NCBI GenBank assembly: GCA_964016885.1
Contig: OZ024757.1
Location: 8,246,001 to 8,310,000, forward strand
DNA length: 64,000 nucleotides
Reading direction: 5' to 3'
From: Eledone cirrhosa
Taxonomy: Eukaryota
Shown here: one piece after another, positions 36,035-50,290 of the stretch
Numbering within the stretch: the first letter of the stretch is position 1
Layout: the number at the start of each line of letters is the position of its first letter
Notes under the pieces: generated by a model
Told to the model about the DNA's origin: nothing
The model's database searches: none
What the model saw: the letters and a program-made list of their open reading frames with translations, nothing else
Translations under genes and position numbers: made by a program

Positions 36035-37583
36035 ACACGGATGTATTGCATACGCAAACTGAGCACACAACACACAACATACAAAAACAAGATGGTGTAG
36101 GATAGAACAAAGGAGAGACACAAAAAATTTAACAAGTTTGAAGTCAATCGGAGTAGAAATGTGGAGTTGTATAGACTTTGCAAAAATGAGGACATACAGA
36201 CAACATCAGTTTTATATATATAGATAATTGTCTACATGTGCTGACTACAATATATATTGTTCAATCATATGCAATACTTAATTATTTATCACACTTCATC
36301 AGTAAGCCTATAATGGTGGAAGTGAGTATTCACTATTGTTAGAATTCAGCAATGGGATTTTCGTTTAAGAAAGTATAAATAAGTCAAAATGACAATAAAA
36401 ATAGAATACATCTAGCCAAGCTTTATAACTGGCACTCTTTTGGACACGAAAAGAAGAAGAATACAGAGTTGTGTGTCTAAGACAGGTAGTCTGTGGTTTG
36501 GGCAGTGTATGTTGATACTCTAGTGGATGGAGTTGGGTATTTATTTGCTGAATGATTTCCATACCGTTTATTTCTAGTCCCTTGATGATTTCTTTAGCGG
36601 CATGTCTATACTACTATACAAATAATCTCTACATAATGGGAGTACATATTTAGGGGTAAATAGTTATTGGCTACTCTTTCTTTATGTGCCCTTTCCAACA
36701 ATATAATAAGGAGATTGGCTAAATCACGGGTGATGCTGACCGATGTTAGCCCCTCAATATTGTTCTTATACTGACAATTTTCCTTGTCTGATCATGGTTT
36801 TCGGGGGGTCTTTATAGCTCAGGTCCACGCGCTCCATCTTGTTTGTCATTGGAATAATGGGTGGTGGTCTGCTACATCACAAACTGGTGGGACAGAGACG
36901 GCAAAACATAATAATTGTGTAGATATTCTTTGTCACAAATGAGTCTAGGGAGGATTCACTGGACCCTGATTGACACTCAGGGCATTCTACATCACTCACG
37001 GGGACCATAACCTCACAGTTTTCCACAGTAACAGCAACGTCAATAGATGGGTGAAGGAATAGTACATACATACTAAATATCACACAACTTGTCAGGTCAC
37101 AGGTGAAAGTTGCATTCAGTGGTTCTGTTGATGAGGTCGGGAGTTCGTTACTTAACTAGTAATAAACCCAGCAATTGCTCAAGTTACGGAGTTTGTATAT
37201 CTCTGTCACAAACTATCATCAAACAGCAATGGAATGGTTGCTGCGCAGTCTGCAACAGGCGGAGTTTAGCGTCACAAGCAGAATATTCAATTAGTATATA
37301 TGATTTCATTTCAAACATAACTCTCCCGAACTATATCAATATTTGTTTCAATACCCGAATTCAAATCAACAGACTTGAAAGCTGATTGCAATTATACAAA
37401 CAAGCCTCAATTTTATAGCCATGTCAGTATAATGAACCCTTCATTCTTGCTCTTGTGTTGGCATGTGAACAGAACTGCAGACACTAATGTTTCTAGGTAT
37501 CACCCTTCATCAGTACAGCCTACTGTTCACCTGCCAAACTGTCAGAGCTAGTGAAAATATATGCTATTTTCAAAAATACACAG

Positions 37584-37686
37584 TGACTGATCGGCCTGAT
37601 TTGCATATTAGCAGACTGGTTGATCAGTCAAATCTGCATATTAGCAGATCCACTGATTAGCCAGATTTGCTTATCAGCAGACTGGT
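37584..37686. repeat. Short imperfect tandem repeat (~3 x 33-35 bp, core TGAT..ATTTGCATATTAGCAGA)
   Basis: GATTTGCATATTAGCAGACTGG / AATCTGCATATTAGCAGATCC / GATTTGCTTATCAGCAGACTGG. Confidence 0.7.
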
Positions 37687-38282
37687 TTAATATTCTCAAT
37701 ATATTTTCCAGGTGACCGTTCCACTGTATTCTCTTCTCAGTGCACCAATAATGCCTAAAATACTTTTAAAACGTCTAATTTAAACATTATATATTAAGTT
37801 ATTCAGTAATTTATTTAAGTTTTGAACCGTAAATTTCAAACAACTTAATTCAGGCAAGAATAACACATTTTTATATTAAAAACTCCCTATCATAATCCAG
37901 GATAAATATTTTATTGACCTCTATAATTAGGGACGTTCAAAGGGGGGTAAAAGAAAGGGTTACTTATTATTTTCATCCTTACATATTCCAGTTAAGACTG
38001 CTGTAGAGAAATAGTATATCTGTTCTTCCGGACCAGTAGGAAACTGTACAATATTTGTGTCATAATAGCAGACACCTCACATATGACTAGCCACACTTTA
38101 CTCCTTTCGGAAGTTTTACATGTGTGGAATAAGAAAGAATGACATTGACAGAACAAACCAAAGAAATGGTTCGAATTGATTAAAAAAACAACTTATTCTA
38201 CCATTTCCTCAAATTAACAACAAACTCTTCACAAAAAAACCTTCTAGTTTTCCTATTAATTTCTTCCGTATTTTTTTTCCAG

Positions 38283-38348
38283 TTATGTCTCCTGTAGAGA
38301 ACCTTGTCTCTCAGCCAGACAAACTAACAGATACTGTCTCCAAAGAAC
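38283..38348 (+). CDS. 66-nt repeat exon 1: (V)MSPVENLVSQPDKLTDTVSKE
   Basis: ttttttttccag | 66 nt | gtaagt; phase 1-1; open frame. Confidence 0.72.
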
Positions 38349-39244
38349 GTAAGTTATATTTCAACCAAACTTTCTATTAGTCTGTACAGAAAACTATGAC
38401 ACGTGTTTCAACATTAATCTCAAATCGAGATTACATTATATATTTGTAAACATGGAAGACTATATATTGTGTATGCTGGAACTGATGAATAAAATAGTGT
38501 GTATATATATATAAATGAAGTCATGCTGGTGTTTTGCGTATGTTAATGTATACATATATGTATATTGGGTTGTATATAACATTATCGAGTAACAGGTTGT
38601 GTGCGTTTGTCCATTGGCGGCTTTTGCAGTGTAGTTTGTGTAATGATGTGTTTGAGTACTGTGTGTGCGTAAGTGAGTGTGATGTTCTGTGTGCACACAC
38701 TGTATGCGTGTGTATGTAAGAATACATTTTAGTTATAACGGGGTGGATAAAATAAAGTTCCAGTAATCTACTGGGTAATTGCTGGCCTTGTGCCAAAATA
38801 AAAACAATTATTCCTATATATACATATAGGTTTACTATTATTTTCTTTATATTTGGCTCAAAAGAGAAGATGAATGTTGCACTAGATACATTGAGGTAGA
38901 TGGAATTATCTCACAGATTCAGTGTTCTCATATTTAACAAAATTTCCTCCGACACTTCTTCACTATTTCTGATCTACCTTCGTTGTTCATACTCCTCATA
39001 CACGTATCCCCTAGATCTGACAATGCTCTAAATATTTGGTTATACCATCATATATATTTGTTCTTTAGGACCAGTGGGAATCCGTAATATTTGTATTACG
39101 ATTCCAGACGCCCCAGATATAACTAAAGAGTTATAGCTAATTTAAAATACGATACGTTATTCTACCATTTCCTCAAATTGACAACAAACTCTTGCCAAGA
39201 AAACCTTGTAGCTTTCCTATTATTTGCTTCCGTATTTTTTCCAG

Positions 39245-39310
39245 TTATTTCCCCTGTAGAGAACTTAGTCTCTGCGCCAAGCATACCTACTAATGCTGTC
39301 TCCAAAGAAC
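39245..39310 (+). CDS. 66-nt repeat exon 2: (L)ISPVENLVSAPSIPTNAVSKE
   Basis: tttttccag | 66 nt | gtaaat; phase 1-1. Confidence 0.65.
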
Positions 39311-39803
39311 GTAAATTGTATTTCAAACACATTTTCTATTTGTCTGTACAGAAAACTATAACACGTTTTTTAACCTTAATATCAAATCGAGATTACATTA
39401 TATATTTGTAAACATGGAAGACTATATATTGTGTATGCTGGAACTGATGAATAAAATAGTGTGTATATATATATATAAATGAAGTCATGATGGTATTTTG
39501 CGTATGTTGCTGTATACATATATGTATATTGGTTTGTATATAACATTATCGAGTAACTGTCTGTGTGCGTTTGTCCGTTGGTGGCTTTTGCAGTGTGTTT
39601 TGTGTAATGATGTGTTTGAGCACTGTGTGTGCGTGAGCGAGTGTGAGTTTCTGTGTGCACACTCCATATTCGTGTGTATGTAAACATACATTTTAGGCAT
39701 AACAACTGTCATCATGATTAAAGAAAACTTGGTAGTAAATGTATATTCACGAAGGTAAGACGCCGTGATCCTGAATGTTTTCATTTATATAAATACATAT
39801 ACA

Positions 39804-39835
<32 letters not shown>

Positions 39836-39945
39836 AATGGCAAGGACAGCGGGTGCATTGTACTTTTTGTGAACGGGCCTGGTGTATATATCAGTATATC
39901 AGAGATAATGAGTCTAATAACTGTTTCATGTATTTGTAATATTAT

Positions 39946-40125
39946 TTGGCAGTATTGGTAGAGAGTCGGACGCGATGCTTTGACGCATAGTGCTACGGCC
40001 CTTGCCATTCTGAGTTCAAATACCGCCGAGGTTAACTTTGCCTTTCATAACTACGGGGCCGATAAAAGAAAGTTCCAGTAATGTACTGGGTAATTGCTGG
40101 GCTTGTGCCAAATGTAAAAACAATT
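39946..40125 (+). mobile_element. tRNA-derived SINE inside divergent array unit 2 (3' half also in unit 1 at ~38735-38810)
   Basis: A box TGGCAGTATTGG at 39947-39958, B box GAGTTCAAAT at 40012-40021, tail ..CTGGGTAATTGCTGGGCTTGTGCC. Confidence 0.75.
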
Positions 40126-40868
40126 ATGTCTATATATACATATAGGTTTACTATTATTTTCTTTATATTTTCTAGCTGACACATCTTATGTGTCTTCTCG
40201 AAGATCAACATCAAAAACCAAACGTTTTCACAATAGTAAGTTATAATTTAAAGTTTATTTATTAATTATTCAGTAATTTGTTTATATTTTGAACTGTAAA
40301 TTTGTAACTACCTAATTCAGTCATGAATATCACACTTTATATTACAAACACACTAATATAATCAAGGATAAACATTTTATTCACTTCCATCATCAGAGAT
40401 CTTACAATGTAGTCAAAAGTAAAGATACAACTTTTCAGCGCATTTTCAGAGTTATCTAAGAAAGAATGACATTATATCTGGTTCAAAAGAAAAGGTGAAT
40501 GTTGCACTAGATACATTGAGGTAGATGGAATTGTCAGACACATCGGTGTTCTCATATTTAACAAAATTACCTCCCACACTTCTTCACTATTTCTGGTCCC
40601 CCTTCGTTGTTCATACTCCTCATACACGTATCCAGTAGATCGGCATTGCTCTAAATATTTGGCTATACCATCATATATATTTGTTCTTTAGGACCAGTGG
40701 GAACCCGTAATATCTGTATTACGATTCCAGACGCCCCACATATAACTAAAGAGTTATAGCTAATTTAAAATACGACACATTATTCTACCATTTCCTCAAA
40801 TTGACAACAATCTCTTGCCAAGAAAACCTTGTAGCTTTCCTAATATTTTCTTCCGTATTTTATTCCAG

Positions 40869-40936
40869 TTATTTCCCCTGTAGAGAAATTTGTCTCTGAG
40901 CCAAGCATACCTACTAATGCTGTCTCCAAAGAATGA
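40869..40936 (+). CDS. Repeat exon 3 with the donor converted to a stop: (L)ISPVEKFVSEPSIPTNAVSKE* (alternative terminal exon or dead exon)
   Basis: The acceptor tattccag is intact. The position equivalent to AAC|GTAAAT reads AAT|GAAAAT, which gives an in-frame GAA TGA. AATAAA lies at 41074-41079. Confidence 0.5.
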
Positions 40937-41412
40937 AAATTGTATTTCAAACAAACTTTCTATTAGTCTGTACAGAAAACTATGACACGTGTTTCAACAT
41001 TAATGTCAAATCGAGAATACATTATATATTTGTAAACATGGAAGTCTATATATTGTGTATGCTGGAACTGATGAATAAAATAGTGTGTATATATATATAA
41101 GTGAAGTCATGCTAGTGTTTTGCGTATGTTGATGTATACACATATGTATATTGGGTTGTATATAACATTAACGAGTAACAGTTTGCGTGTGTTTGTCCGT
41201 TGGTTTGGTGGCTTTTTGAGTGTGTGAGCTATGTGTGTGCGTGTGTGACGGTGAGATTATGTGTACACACACTGTATGCGTGTGTATGTAAGAATAAATT
41301 TTAGTTGTAACGACTGTTATCATGATTAGAGAAAATTTGGTAGTAAATGTATATTTACGGAGATAAGACGCCGTGGTCCTGAATCGTGCATTTATAAAAA
41401 TACTTGAATATG

Positions 41413-41503
<91 letters not shown>

Positions 41504-41713
41504 AGGACATGGTAACTTGGCTCTTTTTGTTCTTTAGGCCCAGTGGGAAACTACAATATTTGTCTCATAATACCAGACAGCCCATATATAACTAAATTGT
41601 TCTAGCTAATTTAAAATACAACACCTTATTCTACGTTTTCTTCAAATTGACAACAAACTCTTCCCAAGAAACCCTTCTAGCTTTCCTATTATTTTCTTTG
41701 TATTCTTTTCCAG

Positions 41714-41779
41714 TTGTGAGTCCTGTAGAGGACATTATCTCTGAGCCAGTCATAAAAAGAGACGCTGTCTCCAAAAAAG
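41714..41779 (+). CDS. 66-nt repeat exon 4: (L)VSPVEDIISEPVIKRDAVSKK
   Basis: ttcttttccag | 66 nt | gtaaga; phase 1-1. Confidence 0.72.
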
Positions 41780-42213
41780 GTAAGATTTATTTCAAACACA
41801 ATTTCTATTAGTCTGTACAGAGAACTATGACACGTGTTTCAACATTAATGTCAAATCGAGATTACATTATATATTTGTAAACGTGAAAGTCTACATATTG
41901 TGTATGCTGGAACTGATGAATTAAAATAGTGTGTATATATATATAAGTGAAGTCATGCTAGTGTTTTGCGTATGTTGATCTGTACATATATGTATATTGG
42001 GTTGTATATAACATTAACGAGTAACAGTTTGTGTGTGTTTCTCCGTTGGTTTGGTGGCTTTTTGAGTGTGTGAACCATGTGTGTGCGTGTGTGACTGTGA
42101 GATTCTGTGTACACACACGGTATGCGTGTGTATGTAAGAATACATTTTAGTTATAACAATTAGAGAAAATTTGGTAATAAATGTATATTTACGGAGCTAA
42201 CACGCAGTGGTCC

Positions 42214-42295
<82 letters not shown>

Positions 42296-43133
42296 GTAAG
42301 GACATGGTAACTTGTTTCTTTTTGTGTTCGGACCTGGTGTATTTATCAGTATATCAGAGATAATGAATCTAATAACTGTTTTCTGTATTTGTAATATAAA
42401 TTTGTATATATATACATACAGTTTTACTATTATTTTGTTTATGTTTTCTAGCTGACGCTTCATATTTGTCTTCTCGAAGTGCAACACTCAAGACCAAACT
42501 TGCCGAAAAGAGTAAGTTATTAATTTAAAATTATCTATTAATTATTCAGAAACTTATTTATGTTTTGATCAGTAAATGTATAACTACTTATTTCAGTCAA
42601 GAATATTATATTACAATCTCCCTAACATAATCAAGGATAAACATTTTATTGACCTTGATCCTTAGAGACATTACAATGAGGTCAAAAGTAAAGATACACT
42701 TTTTCAGGCTATTATCAGAGTTATCTATGAAAGAATGACATTTCTGGTTAAAAAGAGAAGATGAATGTTGCACAAGATACTTTGAGGTAGATGGAATAAT
42801 CTCACAGATCAGAGTTCTCATCTTTAACAAAATTTCCTCCGACACTTCTTCACTATTTCAGGTCTTCCTTCGTTGTTCATACTCCTTATCCTCGTATGAC
42901 TAGATCAGCTATTGCTCTACATATTTGGTTATCCCATCATATATATTTGTTCTTTATGCACATATCGAAACTACCATATTTGTCTCATAATTCCAGACAG
43001 CCCATATATAACTAAATGGGTCTAGGTAATTCAAAATACAACGTCTTATTCTACCATTTCTTCAAATTGATAACAAACTCTTCCCAAGAAAAGCTTCTTG
43101 CATTCCTATTATTTTCTTCCATATTTCTTCCAG

Positions 43134-43199
43134 TTATTTCACCTGTAGAGAACCTTGTCTCTCAGCCGGGCATAACAATAGACACTGTCTCCAACGAAC
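43134..43199 (+). CDS. 66-nt repeat exon 5: ISPVENLVSQPGITIDTVSNE
   Basis: tttcttccag | 66 nt | gtaagt; phase 1-1. Confidence 0.72.
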
Positions 43200-43655
43200 G
43201 TAAGTTTTATTTCAAACACACTTTCTATTAGTCTGTACAGAGAACTATGTCACGTGTTTCAACATTAATGTCAAATCGAGATTACATCATATATTTGTAA
43301 ACATGAAAGTCTACATATTGTGTATGCTGGAACTGATAAATAAAATAGTGTGTATATATATATATATAAGTGAAATCATGCTAGTGTTTTGCGTATGTTG
43401 ATCTGTACATATATGTATATTGGGTTGTATATAACATTAACGAGTAACAGTTTGTGTGTGTTTCTCCGTTGGTTTGGTGGCTTTTTGAGTGTGTGAACCA
43501 TGTGTGTGCTTGTGTGACTGTGAGTTTCTGTGTACACACACGGTATGCGTGTGTATGTAAGAATACATTTTAGTTATAACGACTGTTATCAAGATTAGAG
43601 AAAATTCAGTAGTAAATGTATATCTACGAAGAAGCTAAGACGCCGTGTTCCTATA

Positions 43656-43719
<64 letters not shown>

Positions 43720-44580
43720 AAAATGTATATATATATATTTGGTAAGGACATGGTAACTTCGGTTCTTTTTGTGTTCGGACCTGGTGTATTTATCAGTATA
43801 TCAGAGATAATGAATCTAATGACTGTTTTCTGTATTTGTAATATAAATTTGTATATATATACATACAGTTTTACTATTATTTTGTTTATGTTTTCTAGCT
43901 GACGCTTCATATTTGTCTTCTCGAAGTGCAACACTCAAGACCAAACTTTCCGAAAAGAGTAAGTTATTAATTTAAAATTATCTATTAATTATTCAGAAAC
44001 TTATTTATGTTTTGATCAGTAAATGTATAACTACTTATTTCAGTCAAGAATATTATATTACAATCTCCCTAACATAATCAAGGATAAACATTTTATTGAC
44101 CTTGATCCTTAGAGACATTACAATGAGGTCAAAAGTAAAGATACACTTTTTCAGGCTATTATCAGAGTTATCTATGAAAGAATGACATTTCTGGTTAAAA
44201 AGAGAAGATGAATGTTGCACAAGATACTTTGAGGTAGATGGAATAATCTCACAGATCAGAGTTCTCATCTTTAACAAAATTTCCTCCGACACTTCTTCAC
44301 TATTTCAGGTCTTCCTTCGTTGTTCATACTCCTTATCCTCGTATGACTAGATCAGCTATTGCTCTACATATTTGGTTATCCCATCATATATATTTGTTCT
44401 TTATGCACATATCGAAACTACCATATTTGTCTCATAATTCCAGACAGCCCATATATAACTAAATGGGTCTAGGTAATTCAAAATACAACGTCTTATTCTA
44501 CCATTTCTTCAAATTGATAACAAACTCTTCCCAAGAAAAGCTTCTTGCATTCCTATTATTTTCTTCCATATTTCTTCCAG

Positions 44581-44646
44581 TTATTTCACCTGTAGAGAAC
44601 CTTGTCTCTCAGCCGGGCATAACAATAGACACTGTCTCCAACGAAC
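44581..44646 (+). CDS. 66-nt repeat exon 6
   Basis: Same sequence and splice sites as exon 5. Confidence 0.72.
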
Positions 44647-45100
44647 GTAAGTTTTATTTCAAACACACTTTCTATTAGTCTGTACAGAGAACTATGACAC
44701 GTGTTTCAACATTAATGTCAAATCGAGATTACATCATATATTTGTAAACATGAAAGTCTACATATTGTGTATGCTGGAACTGATGAATAAAATAGTGTGT
44801 ATATATATATATAAGTGAAGTCAAGCTAGTGTTTTGCGTATGTTGATCTGTACATATATGTATATTGGGTTGTATATAACATTAACGAGTAACAGTTTGT
44901 GTGTGTTTCTCCGTTGGTTTGGTGGCTTTTTGAGTGTGTGAACCATGTGTGTGCGTGTGTGACTGTGAGATACTGTGTACACACACGGTATGCGTGTGTA
45001 TGTAAGAATACATTTTAGTTATAACGACTGTTATCAAGATTAGAGAAAATTCAGTAGTAAATGTATATTTACGAAGAAGCTAAGAAGCCGTGTTCCTATA

Positions 45101-45145
<45 letters not shown>

Positions 45146-46001
45146 GTATATATATATATTTGGTAAGGACATGGTAACTTCGGTTCTTTTTGTGTTTGGA
45201 CCTGGTGTATTTATCAGTATATCAGAGATAATGAATCTAATAACTGTTTTCTGTATTTGTAATATAAATTTGTATATATATACATACAGTTTTACTATTA
45301 TTTTGTTTATGTTTTCTAGCTGACGCTTCATATTTGTCTTCTCGAAGTGCAACACTCAAGACCAAACTTGCCGAAAAGAGTAAGTTATTAATTTAAAATT
45401 ATGTATTAATTATTCAGAAACTTATTTATGTTTTGATCAGTAAATGTATAACTACTTATTTCAGTCAAGAATATTATATTACAATCTCCCTAACATAATC
45501 AAGGATAAACATTTTATTGACCTTGATCCTTAGAGACATTACAATGAGGTCAAAAGTAAAGATACACTTTTTCAGGCTATTATCAGAGTTATCTATGAAA
45601 GAATGACATTTCTGGTTAAAAAGAGAAGATGAATGTTGCACAAGATACTTTGAGGTAGATGGAATAATCTCACAGATCAGAGTTCTCATCTTTAACAAAA
45701 TTTCCTCCGACACTTCTTCACTATTTCAGGTCTTCCTTCGTTGTTCATACTCCTTATCCTCGTATGACTAGATCAGCTATTGCTCTACATATTTGGTTAT
45801 CCCATCATATATATTTGTTCTTTATGCACATATCGAAACTACCATATTTGTCTCATAATTCCAGACAGCCCATATATAACTAAATGGGTCTAGGTAATTC
45901 AAAATACAACGTCTTATTCTACCATTTCTTCAAATTGATAACAAACTCTTCCCAAGAAAAGCTTCTTGCATTCCTATTATTTTCTTCCATATTTCTTCCA
46001 G

Positions 46002-46067
46002 TTATTTCACCTGTAGAGAACCTTGTCTCTCAGCCGGGCATAACAATAGACACTGTCTCCAACGAAC
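46002..46067 (+). CDS. 66-nt repeat exon 7
   Basis: Same sequence and splice sites as exon 5. Confidence 0.72.
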
Positions 46068-46521
46068 GTAAGTTTTATTTCAAACACACTTTCTATTAGT
46101 CTGTACAGAGAACTATGACACGTGTTTCAACATTAATGTCAAATCGAGATTACATCATATATTTGTAAACATGAAAGTCTACATATTGTGTATGCTGGAA
46201 CTGATGAATAAAATAGTGTGTATATATATATATAAGTGAAGTCAAGCTAGTGTTTTGCGTATGTTGATCTGTACATATATGTATATTGGGTTGTATATAA
46301 CATTAACGAGTAACAGTTTGTGTGTGTTTCTCCGTTGGTTTGGTGGCTTTTTGAGTGTGTGAACCATGTGTGTGCGTGTGTGACTGTGAGATACTGTGTA
46401 CACACACGGTATGCGTGTGTATGTAAGAATACATTTTAGTTATAACGACTGTTATCAAGATTAGAGAAAATTCAGTAGTAAATGTATATTTACGAAGAAG
46501 CTAAGAAGCCGTGTTCCTATA

Positions 46522-46561
<40 letters not shown>

Positions 46562-47422
46562 AAAATGTATATATATATATTTGGTAAGGACATGGTAACT
46601 TCGGTTCTTTTTGTGTTTGGACCTGGTGTATTTATCAGTATATCAGAGATAATGAATCTAATAACTGTTTTCTGTATTTGTAATATAAATTTGTATATAT
46701 ATACATACAGTTTTACTATTATTTTGTTTATGTTTTCTAGCTGACGCTTCATATTTGTCTTCTCGAAGTGCAACACTCAAGACCAAACTTTCCGAAAAGA
46801 GTAAGTTATTAATTTAAAATTATCTATTAATTATTCAGAAACTTATTTATGTTTTGATCAGTAAATGTATAACTACTTATTTCAGTCAAGAATATTATAT
46901 TACAATCTCCCTAACATAATCAAGGATAAACATTTTATTGACCTTGATCCTTAGAGACATTACAATGAGGTCAAAAGTAAAGATACACTTTTTCAGGCTA
47001 TTATCAGAGTTATCTATGAAAAAATGACATTTCTGGTTAAAAAGAGAAGATGAATGTTGCACAAGATACTTTGAGGTAGATGGAATAATCTCACAGATCA
47101 GAGTTCTCATCTTTAACAAAATTTCCTCCGACACTTCTTCACTATTTCAGGTCTTCCTTCGTTGTTCATACTCCTTATCCTCGTATGACTAGATCAGCTA
47201 TTGCTCTACATATTTGGTTATCCCATCATATATATTTGTTCTTTATGCACATATCGAAACTACCATATTTGTCTCATAATTCCAGACAGCCCATATATAA
47301 CTAAATGGGTCTAGGTAATTCAAAATACAACGTCTTATTCTACCATTTCTTCAAATTGATAACAAACTCTTCCCAAGAAAAGCTTCTTGCATTCCTATTA
47401 TTTTCTTCCATATTTCTTCCAG

Positions 47423-47488
47423 TTATTTCACCTGTAGAGAACCTTGTCTCTCAGCCGGGCATAACAATAGACACTGTCTCCAACGAAC
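47423..47488 (+). CDS. 66-nt repeat exon 8
   Basis: Same sequence and splice sites as exon 5. Confidence 0.72.
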
Positions 47489-47935
47489 GTAAGTTTTATT
47501 TCAAACACACTTTCTATTAGTCTGTACAGAGAACTATGACACGTGTTTCAACATTAATGTCAAATCGAGATTACATCATATATTTGTAAACATGAAAGTC
47601 TACATATTGTGTATGCTGGAACTGATGAATAAAATAGTGTGTATATATATATATAAGTGAAGTCATGCTAGTGTTTTGCGTATGTTGATCTGTACATATA
47701 TGTATATTGGGTTGTATATAACATTAACGAGTAACAGTTTGTGTGTGTTTCTCCGTTGGTTTGGTGGCTTTTTGAGTGTGTGAACCATGTGTGTGCGTGT
47801 GTGACTGTGAGATACTGTGTACACACACGGTATGCGTGTGTATGTAAGAATACATTTTAGTTATAACGACTGTTATCAAGATTAGAGAAAATTCAGTAGT
47901 AAATGTATATTTACGAGGAAGCTAAACGCCGTGTT

Positions 47936-48028
<93 letters not shown>

Positions 48029-48869
48029 TTGGTAAGGACATGGTAACTTGTTTCTTTTTGTGTTCGGACCTGGTGTATTTATCAGTATATCAGAGATAAT
48101 GAATCTAATAACTGTTTTCTGTATTTGTAATATAAATTTGTATATATATACATACAGTTTTACTATTATTTTGTTTATGTTTTCTAGCTGACGCTTCATA
48201 TTTGTCTTCTCGAAGTGCAACACTCAAGACCAAACTTGCCGAAAAGAGTAAGTTATTAATTTACAATTATCTATTAATTATTCAGAAACTTATTTATGTT
48301 TTGATCAGTAAATGTATAACTACTTATTTCAGTCAAGAATATTATATTACAATCTCCCTAACATAATCAAGGATAAACATTTTATTGACCTTGATCCTTA
48401 GAGACATTACAATGAGGTCAAAAGTAAAGATACACTTTTTCAGGCTATTATCAGAGTTATCTATGAAAAAATGACATTTCTGGTTAAAAAGAGAAGATGA
48501 ATGTTGCACAAGATACTTTGAGGTAGATGGAATAATCTCACAGATCAGAGTTCTCATCTTTAACAAAATTTCCTCCGACACTTCTTCACTATTTCAGGTC
48601 TTCCTTCGTTGTTCATACTCCTTATCCTCGTATGACTAGATCAGCTATTGCTCTACATATTTGGTTATCCCATCATATATATTTGTTCTTTATGCACATA
48701 TCGAAACTACCATATTTGTCTCATAATTCCAGACAGCCCATATATAACTAAATGGGTCTAGGTAATTCAAAATACAACGTCTTATTCTAACATTTCTTCA
48801 AATTGATAACAAACTCTTCCCAAGAAAAGCTTCTTGCATTCCTATTATTTTCTTCCATATTTCTTCCAG

Positions 48870-48935
48870 TTATTTCACCTGTAGAGAACCTTGTCTCTCA
48901 GCCGGGCATAACAATAGACACTGTCTCCAACGAAC
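48870..48935 (+). CDS. 66-nt repeat exon 9
   Basis: Same sequence and splice sites as exon 5. Confidence 0.72.
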
Positions 48936-49389
48936 GTAAGTTTTATTTCAAACACACTTTCTATTAGTCTGTACAGAGAACTATGACACGTGTTTCAACA
49001 TTAATGTCAAATCGAGATTACATCATATATTTGTAAACATGAAAGTCTACATATTGTGTATGCTGGAAATGATGAATAAAATAGTGTGTATATATATATA
49101 TAAGTGAAGTCATGCTAGTGTTTTGCGTATGTTGATCTGTACATATATGTATATTGGGTTGTATATAACATTAACGAGTAACAGTTTGTGTGTGTTTCTC
49201 CGTTGGTTTGGTGGCTTTTTGAGTGTGTGAACCATGTGTGTGCGTGTGTGACTGTGAGATTCTGTGTACACACACGGTATGCGTGTGTATGTAAGAATAC
49301 ATTTTAGTTATAACGACTGTTATCAAGATTAGAGAAAATTCAGTAGTAAATGTATATTTACGAAGAAGCTAAGAAGCCGTGTTCCTATA

Positions 49390-49429
<40 letters not shown>

Positions 49430-50290
49430 AAAATGTATATATATATATTTGGTAAGGACATGGTAACTTCGGTTCTTTTTGTGTTTGGACCTGGTGTATT
49501 TATCAGTATATCAGAGATAATGAATCTAATAACTGTTTTCTGTATTTGTAATATAAATTTGTATATATATACATACAGTTTTACTATTATTTTGTTTATG
49601 TTTTCTAGCTGACGCTTCATATTTGTCTTCTCGAAGTGCAACACTCAAGACCAAACTTGCCGAAAAGAGTAAGTTATTAATTTAAAATTATCTATTAATT
49701 ATTCAGAAACTTATTTATGTTTTGATCAGTAAATGTATAACTACTTATTTCAGTCAAGAATATTATATTACAATCTCCCTAACATAATCAAGGATAAACA
49801 TTTTATTGACCTTGATCCTTAGAGACATTACAATGAGGTCAAAAGTAAAGATACACTTTTTCAGGCTATTATCAGAGTTATCTATGAAAAAATGACATTT
49901 CTGGTTAAAAAGAGAAGATGAATGTTGCACAAGATACTTTGAGGTAGATGGAATAATCTCACAGATCAGAGTTCTCATCTTTAACAAAATTTCCTCCGAC
50001 ACTTCTTCACTATTTCAGGTCTTCCTTCGTTGTTCATACTCCTTATCCTCGTATGACTAGATCAGCTATTGCTCTACATATTTGGTTATCCCATCATATA
50101 TATTTGTTCTTTATGCACATATCGAAACTACCATATTTGTCTCATAATTCCAGACAGCCCATATATAACTAAATGGGTCTAGGTAATTCAAAATACAACG
50201 TCTTATTCTAACATTTCTTCAAATTGATAACAAACTCTTCCCAAGAAAAGCTTCTTGCATTCCTATTATTTTCTTCCATATTTCTTCCAG

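Noticed and set aside
36400-37400. Cys-containing minus-strand fragments that may be a decayed retroelement ORF1
   Set aside because: Too degraded to assign to a family from the sequence alone.
39946-40030. tRNA gene
   Set aside because: A and B boxes are present, but there is no cloverleaf and the sequence continues into a SINE body also found at 34226-34435.
42862-42893. Possible second exon per unit (tatttcag|GTCTTCC..CCTC|gtatga)
   Set aside because: It is 32 nt, which is not frame-preserving, and the AG is absent in the older units (tttctg).
43016-43231. 71-aa + strand ORF MGLGNSKY.. taken as a small standalone gene in each unit
   Set aside because: It is broken by TAA in most units from 48.8 kb and has no ATG in the older units. 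Only the internal 66 nt bounded by splice sites is conserved, so it is an exon within a read-through frame.
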